A stretch of 64,000 nt of DNA from an uncultured Acidobacteriota bacterium (GTDB lineage: Bacteria > Acidobacteriota > Vicinamibacteria > Vicinamibacterales > 2-12-FULL-66-21), in assembly GCA_963730995.1 (NCBI GenBank), contig CAVSUB010000005.1:67408-131407 (forward strand), written 5' to 3'. Of the stretch, positions 58,019 through 64,000 are shown piece by piece. Numbering within the stretch: position 1 is the stretch's first letter; each line of letters starts with the position of its first letter. The notes beneath the pieces are model-generated. The model searched no databases, had not been told where the DNA came from, and worked only from the letters and a program-made list of their open reading frames with translations. The translations under genes and the position numbers were made by a program.

Positions 58019-58520
58019 CGTGTTGTCCTCTGGAAACCGGTCGTCGCCTGTCGTGCTCGGCCCAGCAGACTGAACCCTGCGGAGCGCGAGGGTCTCGCGC
58101 ACCAATGGCTGTGTTGTAGCACTTCGCGTTCCAATCAAAAACTGGCCGAAGATCTGCGGATCGCACTGAGTCGAGGATTCGGTTGCGGCTCGTCCCACGG
58201 CATCTCAGAGGCGGCCCGGAATGCCGGAGCCGGCAGTGGAAGTTGAAGGAGGAACGGCCAGGGGGCGCAGTCGTAGGCGTCCTTCACGTCGATATGTCGA
58301 TCCTGCTGGTAAGAGTCGGACATCCTGCACAACATCCGGAATACCGGAGAAGCCACCGACAGGTTGTCGGACTGCCCAACGATCAGAGCTCTCTCGTCGT
58401 CGTGCGCGTTCGAAGCGGTGGCACGCGCCGTGCTCTGAAGCGACGCACGGGGCGAACGCCGATTTCATCTGTCTGAGTTTCCCGGACCCCTGTGGACACT
58501 GCTTGTCGCAGAAGCCCTTC

Positions 58521-60230
58521 GTGAACACTGGTTCAGCGCCTGCGTCGATACCCGCTCTTCGCTGGTTGCGCGACTACCGGAGCGATTGGCTGCGGCCGGA
58601 TCTTGTGGCCGGTCTCACGCTCTCCGCGTACCTCCTCCCGGCTGGGATTGGCAACGCATCGCTGGCGGGCCTCCCACCCGAGGCAGGTCTCTACGCCTGT
58701 CTCTTTTCGGGACTGGTTTTCTGGGTCTTCTGCAGCTCGAAGCACACGGTCGTAACGACCACCTCCGCATTGTCGTTGCTCGTTGTCGCGTCGGTGGGCG
58801 AACTGAGTGGAGGAGATCCCGCGCGGCACGCCGCGCTTGCCGCGTGCGCGGCGCTGCTCGTGGCCCTCATCGCGATTGCGGCATGGCTCGTTCGCGCTGG
58901 CAATGCGGTCGGATTCTTTTCCGAGACCGTACTCGTCGGCTTCAAATCGGGGCTGGCGCTCTACCTGGCGAGCACGCAGCTCCCGGACCTGTTCGGCTTC
59001 AAAGGGACGCACGGAGACTTCTGGGAGCGCTCGGCCTACTTCATCAGGCACCTCGGCGAGACTCACCAGACCTCGCTGCTGGTGGGAGCCGCTGCCTTCG
59101 CGGCGCTCGTCGCGGGCAAGCTCTGGCTGAAGAACCGGCCCGTGTCGTTTCTCGTGGTGCTCGCCGGCATGTTTGCGGCACGGCTCCTGAACCTCGAGGG
59201 GAAGGGCGTCGCGCTGCTCGGGGAGATCCCGCAAGGGCTACCGTCGCTCGGACTGCCGCTCGTCAGCCGGCACGAGCTGAACGCCCTCCTGCCCGTGGCT
59301 CTGGCGATGTTCGTCCTCGCCGCAGTGGAGACATCCGCCATCGGGCGCATGTTCGGCCAGAAGCACGGCCATCGGTTCCAGGCCAATCAGGAGCTGTTGG
59401 CCATTGGCGCGGCCAACCTGTTCGTGGGGATAGGTCGCGGCTTCCCGGTCAGCGGCGGCATGTCGCAGTCGCTCGTCAACGAGAGCGCCGGGGCGCGCAC
59501 GCCGCTGTCCGGCCTGATCGCCGCGCTCTTCATGCTCATCGTGGCCCTGTTCGCGTCGGGACTGCTGCGGAATCTGCCGCAACCGGTGCTGGCGGCCATC
59601 GTCCTCACTGCCGTCATGAGCCTCGTCGACATCCACGCCTTGCGGCACATCTGGCGGTTCAGCCGAACGGAGTTCTTCGTCGCGATTGCGGCCCTCGTCG
59701 GCGTGCTGGGATCCGGGCCCGTCAACGGCGTGCTGCTCGGCGCGGCGATCTCGATCGTGCTCCTGCTTCGGCAGGCCGCCAGCCCCCGGGTTACCGAGCT
59801 GGGCCGGATTCCCGGCACGACCTACTTCGCCGATCGGTCGCGCCGCCCGGAGCACGAGCGGACGCCCGGCGTGTTCGTGGTCCGCTGCGAGTCGTCGCTG
59901 TTCTACTTCAACGTTGAATACGTGCGCGAGCGCCTGCTCGGGCTCCTCGCCGCGCGCCCGGATGCGGTGCGGCTCGTCGTCTTCGTTCTCGGCGCGGTGC
60001 CAAAAATCGACCTCGCCGGCGCCGAGCTCTTGAGCGAACTGCAGCGGACGTTTCGCGCGAAGGACGTCGCGTTCCGGCTGGCCGACGCTCACGGCGAAGT
60101 CCGCGATGCTCTGCGTCGGGTCGATTTCGAACAGGGGTACGACGGCTTACTCGAGTCCGGGCAGAGTGTTGATCTCGTCGTGTCGCAGTGGGTGGACCTG
60201 GAATCACAACACGAGAGCAAGAGATCTTGA
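58521..60230 (+). CDS. SulP family anion transporter with STAS domain
   Basis: DLVAGLTL, AGLPPEAGLY, NQELLAIG.AN, GARTPL; C-terminal STAS; start uncertain. Confidence 0.92.
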   Translation: MNTGSAPASIPALRWLRDYRSDWLRPDLVAGLTLSAYLLPAGIGNASLAGLPPEAGLYACLFSGLVFWVFCSSKHTVVTTTSALSLLVVASVGELSGGDPARHAALAACAALLVALIAIAAWLVRAGNAVGFFSETVLVGFKSGLALYLASTQLPDLFGFKGTHGDFWERSAYFIRHLGETHQTSLLVGAAAFAALVAGKLWLKNRPVSFLVVLAGMFAARLLNLEGKGVALLGEIPQGLPSLGLPLVSRHELNALLPVALAMFVLAAVETSAIGRMFGQKHGHRFQANQELLAIGAANLFVGIGRGFPVSGGMSQSLVNESAGARTPLSGLIAALFMLIVALFASGLLRNLPQPVLAAIVLTAVMSLVDIHALRHIWRFSRTEFFVAIAALVGVLGSGPVNGVLLGAAISIVLLLRQAASPRVTELGRIPGTTYFADRSRRPEHERTPGVFVVRCESSLFYFNVEYVRERLLGLLAARPDAVRLVVFVLGAVPKIDLAGAELLSELQRTFRAKDVAFRLADAHGEVRDALRRVDFEQGYDGLLESGQSVDLVVSQWVDLESQHESKRS

Positions 60231-60609
60231 AGTGGCTCGGGGTCGCCGCACTGAGAGAAGGCCTCCTCCCGCTCTGGCGGCTTGGGTCGATGCCCGGGCC
60301 GACGTGAACGGGAGGAGCATCGGCGCCGCGGAGGAGAGAGCCGCGGCGCAGATCTGCGGTTTCTCCTCTGGCCAGAGCACCCGCCGTGCCAAATCGACAA
60401 CGTCCGCCAAGACCCGCGGGAAAACGATGTCGTTTCAGCATCTGTCGGGCGACACGAGCCGAGCGGGCTCCTGCGGCCGACGCCGTGCGCAAATCGTCTG
60501 GGACAGCGGAGGCATCGCGGACCACCACCAGTCGTAAGGAATTGCGGCTAATCGTGAGCGTGCGGACAGCTGGTCCGGAATTCACTTGAGTCGGGTAGGA
60601 ATTCCTTGA

Positions 60610-60687
60610 AGCTGACAGCTCTCAGCTTTCAGCTCACGCCTCAAACAGCATATCCAGCTGAAAGCTGACAGCTGAGAGCTGACAGCT
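60610..60687. repeat. Two opposed AGCT-core heptamer arrays
   Basis: AGCTGAC AGCTCTC AGCTTTC AGCTCAC ... AGCTGAA AGCTGAC AGCTGAG AGCTGAC. Confidence 0.8.
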
Positions 60688-60702
60688 ACAACTCGGGTTC
60701 GC

Positions 60703-60850
60703 TCAGCGCGAGCTGCCGCTGCTCGACGAACCTGAGGTCGGTGCTCCGGATCGCTCGGAAGAAATCGGCGTGACTCCCTCGCTCGAAGACGCCGCCGCGC
60801 CTTCGGCGGTGCTGACAAGGGACGGTCAGCTCACGCGTCTGGCCCGCCGG
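60703..60850. pseudogene. Chimeric duplicated fragments of 63892-63936 and 47179-47286
   Basis: 45-bp exact copy joined through a shared GCTCC to a 108-bp copy with about 10 mismatches. Confidence 0.85.
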
Positions 60851-60887
60851 TCGGCGGGCTGCTAAACTTCCCGTCGGGTCGCGAAGA

Positions 60888-61091
60888 CACGTCTATCAAG
60901 AACATGAAACCCGGGGGTTCCTGGTGCAAATCCGCGCGGACATCTTCGACCTGTTCAACCACGCCAACTTCGGCCCTCCCAGCAACGTCGTGGGGAGTCC
61001 GACGTTTGGCAAGATCACCACGACTCGCCTTCCCACAAGCGAAGCGGGTTCATCTCGCCAGATTCAGCTGGCCGTGAAGCTGGCGTTCTGA
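60888..61091 (+). pseudogene. C-terminal remnant of a TonB-dependent receptor
   Basis: Translates VQIRADIFDLFNHANFGPP...FGKIT...RQIQLAVKLAF*; no 5' part present. Confidence 0.8.
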
Positions 61092-61092
61092 G

Positions 61093-63690
61093 ATGGCCGG
61101 CCGGGCCTTGGCACGACTGCTGGCAACGTTCGCGCTGACGTTCCTAGCGCCGCTGTGCGTCTGCCAAGCTGCCTGGGCTCAAGCACAATCGCACCGGACC
61201 GTGCTCGCGGTGCATTGGAGCTCGGAAGATTTTCCGATCAATGCACTGCGGGATGCGGCGATTCGAAAGGTCCTGTTGTCCTCCGACGTGCCTATCGACT
61301 ACTACGCGGAGTACCTGGAAACTGATCGCTTTCCGGCGGAGGAGGCGTCACCGGCGCTGCGCGATTCCATTGCCCGCAAGTTCGGGGGGCGGAGAATCGA
61401 CGTGGTGCTTGCGGTCCAGGACGTCGCTCTCCAGTTCGTGCTCCGGTTCCGCGGGGAGCTGTTTCCCGACGCTCCGATCGTATACCTGGGATTCCCGCCG
61501 CCAGATGAGAGCGTCCGCAACTCGAGTATGGGTATCACCGGAGTCGTGATGGGCCCGGCATACGACAGCACGCTGGAGCTCGCGCTGAAGCTGCACCCGT
61601 CGACCGAACGCGTATTGGTAGTGACGCAGGTGCCGGACCCCGGGCTAGAGAAGATCGCGCAGGCATCACTGGGCACGTTGGAGCGGCGGATAAAACTTGA
61701 CTACGTCGCTGAGAGGTCGTTGCCGGGCCTGCTTGCAGCTATCAAAGCCGCTCCCGCGCGTTCGTTGGTTTACTACATCCGCTACTCTCAGGAGGATCCG
61801 GGCCGTGTCCGGTTTCCATCGGATGTCGTGGAAATGTTGGCCCAGGCCTCCCCGGTTCCGGTTTACGTCAGCACCGACTCGTATATCGGGTCCGGCGTCG
61901 TCGGCGGCATGGTAGACGACACGCAAGGCCTCGCCACTCGCGCAGCAGAGATGGCGCTTCAGATTCTTGCGGGGACGAGACCCCAGGACATTCCGTTCGA
62001 GCAGCCGGCGCGCGTGCCGGCATTCGACTGGCGTCAATTGCACCGCTGGGGTATCAGCGAGAGCCGGCTGCCGGCCGGTAGCAGGATCCTCTTCAGGCAG
62101 CCGCGCGCCTGGGAGCTGTACCGATTGCAGATCCTTGGTTTCGGCGTGCTCATGATGCTCCAGACCGGGCTGATCGCGTTGCTGCTGGTGCAGCGCGCGC
62201 GCCGGCGTCGGACGGAGGCGCGACATAGTGCCATCCTGCGCGCCGTGCCGGACCTCATGTTCCTGCAGACGACCGACGGTGTCTATGTCGACTATCACGC
62301 CTCCGATCCCGGCCAACTGCTCCGTCCCCCTGAGCAGTTCCTGGGGAAAAACATGCGCGACGTATTGCCAACCGTGCCGCTCCGCCAGATCGAAGCCGCA
62401 TTCGCCCAGGCGACCAGCGCCGTGGGACCGGTCGAGCCCATCGTCGTCGAGTACGACCTGGAGCTGCCGGCGGGGAATCGCCGCTTCGAGGCGCGGCTGG
62501 TGCGCAGCAGCGACAACCAGATACTCACGCTGGTGCGCGACATCACCGAGCAGGCGCGAGCCGAGACCGCTCTTCGCGAGGGCGCGCAACGCTACGCCTT
62601 GGCGTCAGCGGCCGGAGCGGTCGGGTTGTGGGACTGGAACTTCGAGACCAACCAGCTCTACATCGACGCGGGGCTGAAATCGCTCTTGGGGTTCGAAGAC
62701 GCGGAGATCGGCACCAACCCGGAGGACTGGGGCGCACGCGTGCATCCGCAGGACGTGCCGATCGCCGCCGCCCGGGTGAAGGCGTGCGTCGATGGCGACA
62801 GCGACGTGTATGAAATAGAGCATCGGATGCTCCACAAGGATGGCAGTGTCAAGTGGGTCCTCTCACGTGGATCAGCCATAAGAGCTGAGGATGGCACGCT
62901 GCGCCGTATGGTCGGAACGAAGGTGGACATCACGAAGCTGAAGCGAGCCGAGGAAGCGATTCGCGACAACGAGGCCAAGCTGCAGGCCAGTAATGAGGAG
63001 ATTCTGTACCTCGCTGGGTCGCTCATCTCGGCGCAAGATGCCGAGCGGGCGCGAATGGCACGTGACCTGCACGACGACGTGAGCCAGCAACTTGCCGCGC
63101 TGTCGATCGCGCTCAGCAGTCTCAAGCGGCGGTCGCGAGCGGCAGTTGACGACGACGATCTGCAGTCGGCCATCTCCTCGATCCAGGAGCGCGCGATCGC
63201 TGTCGGCGAGAGCATCCGACACCTTTCACTCGATCTGCACCCCAACGTGCTCAGGTACGGTGGACTGACGGCCGCCCTGACCACCCACTGTGCTGGAGTC
63301 TCTGCTGCACATCCAATCGCGATTACCTGCGCCACTGAAGGCGAGGTCGATGCCCTCGACTCGGAGACCGCGCTCTCCTTGTACCGGATCGCTCAGGAGG
63401 CTCTCCACAACGTTGTCAAACACGCGCGAGCCGGCCGGGTTGAGGTCCAGGTGGTCCGCAACGGCGACAGCGTCGAGCTCACGGTCGGTGACGATGGCCA
63501 GGGGTTCGATGCTGCCAGAACGCGGAAGGAGCGCAAAGGCCTTGGGCTCATGAGCATGAGTGAGCGCGTCAGACTTGCGAAAGGAACTCTTAGTTTCGTG
63601 ACCGAACAGGGCAAAGGCACTCAGGTGCGCGTATGGCTTCCGATCGCACCGCGAGTGACACAAGAGGCGGGTGAGGCGATCCGAAGTTAG
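61093..63690 (+). CDS. Sensor histidine kinase (periplasmic ligand-binding domain, PAS x2, HisKA_3, HATPase)
   Basis: ERARMARDLHDD.SQ, YRIAQEALHNVVKHA, DDGQGF, GLGLMSM. Confidence 0.92.
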   Translation: MAGRALARLLATFALTFLAPLCVCQAAWAQAQSHRTVLAVHWSSEDFPINALRDAAIRKVLLSSDVPIDYYAEYLETDRFPAEEASPALRDSIARKFGGRRIDVVLAVQDVALQFVLRFRGELFPDAPIVYLGFPPPDESVRNSSMGITGVVMGPAYDSTLELALKLHPSTERVLVVTQVPDPGLEKIAQASLGTLERRIKLDYVAERSLPGLLAAIKAAPARSLVYYIRYSQEDPGRVRFPSDVVEMLAQASPVPVYVSTDSYIGSGVVGGMVDDTQGLATRAAEMALQILAGTRPQDIPFEQPARVPAFDWRQLHRWGISESRLPAGSRILFRQPRAWELYRLQILGFGVLMMLQTGLIALLLVQRARRRRTEARHSAILRAVPDLMFLQTTDGVYVDYHASDPGQLLRPPEQFLGKNMRDVLPTVPLRQIEAAFAQATSAVGPVEPIVVEYDLELPAGNRRFEARLVRSSDNQILTLVRDITEQARAETALREGAQRYALASAAGAVGLWDWNFETNQLYIDAGLKSLLGFEDAEIGTNPEDWGARVHPQDVPIAAARVKACVDGDSDVYEIEHRMLHKDGSVKWVLSRGSAIRAEDGTLRRMVGTKVDITKLKRAEEAIRDNEAKLQASNEEILYLAGSLISAQDAERARMARDLHDDVSQQLAALSIALSSLKRRSRAAVDDDDLQSAISSIQERAIAVGESIRHLSLDLHPNVLRYGGLTAALTTHCAGVSAAHPIAITCATEGEVDALDSETALSLYRIAQEALHNVVKHARAGRVEVQVVRNGDSVELTVGDDGQGFDAARTRKERKGLGLMSMSERVRLAKGTLSFVTEQGKGTQVRVWLPIAPRVTQEAGEAIRS

Positions 63691-63742
63691 ACTGCGACCT
63701 GAGAGCCCTACGACCAACACTTCATGTGAACTCCCCGTAGTC

Positions 63743-64000
63743 TCAGCGCGAATCGGGTGAGACGCCGCCCGGCGGCGGGGTGGCTGGCGGCTGCGGTCGC
63801 GGTTCGAAGCTGCCACCGAGCGCGAGGTGGAGATTCACGCGCTGCACGCGCTGCTCGGCCTGGACGCGGATCAGCGCCGAGCGCGTGGCGGTCAGCGCGA
63901 GCTGCCGCTGCTCGACGAACCTGAGGTCGGTGCTCCCCACTTTGAACTGGGTCTGCACCATGGAGAGCGCCTGCTGATTGTCGGATAGCGCCTGCGCCAG
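63743..64000 (-). CDS. Outer-membrane efflux protein (TolC/NodT family), 3' end only
   Basis: QFKVGSTDL..V...RVNLHLALGG.F; open to the window edge. Confidence 0.8.
   Translation of the reverse strand: MAQALSDNQQALSMVQTQFKVGSTDLRFVEQRQLALTATRSALIRVQAEQRVQRVNLHLALGGSFEPRPQPPATPPPGGVSPDSR

Overview
GC-rich bacterial DNA. The gene content (SIAVLPF-TPR kinase, carboxypeptidase-domain TonB receptor, heptamer and REP-like repeats) suggests Acidobacteriota/Vicinamibacterales, which is an inference. (i) 1-6.2 kb is the right end of an integrative element (relaxase-like pair, PhyH cargo, excisionase, tyrosine integrase) inserted at tRNA-Gln(CTG); the integrase reads through the att region into the antisense tRNA. 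(ii) 6.3-18 kb holds housekeeping/accessory genes: AlkA, KGG protein, gltX, DinB, ThuA, SNF2-SWIM, cls and a Ser/Thr kinase. (iii) 18.3-33.8 kb is the highlight, an apparently unusual RiPP locus. It has a 75-aa nitrile-hydratase-leader-like precursor ending ...TTPPACC with no double-Gly site, a fused RRE/ThiF-YcaO cyclodehydratase, a SagB dehydrogenase with K-Y changed to V-Y, and a P450 with an atypical I-helix. It also has an FAD oxidoreductase, a Trp-halogenase-like enzyme, an unknown beta-rich protein, a proline-iminopeptidase-like hydrolase, and a co-oriented 1840-aa kinase-AAA-GAF-cyclase whose cyclase looks Cya2/guanylyl-type. (iv) 33.9-43 kb has a TonB receptor and a K+ channel/hybrid kinase/REC-PP2C operon. 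(v) 43-60 kb is a block of envelope DUF genes, ppk2 and SulP. (vi) 60.6-64 kb is a mosaic of duplicated gene fragments, an orphan sensor kinase and a partial outer-membrane efflux gene. All family calls come from motif recognition by eye, not database searches.
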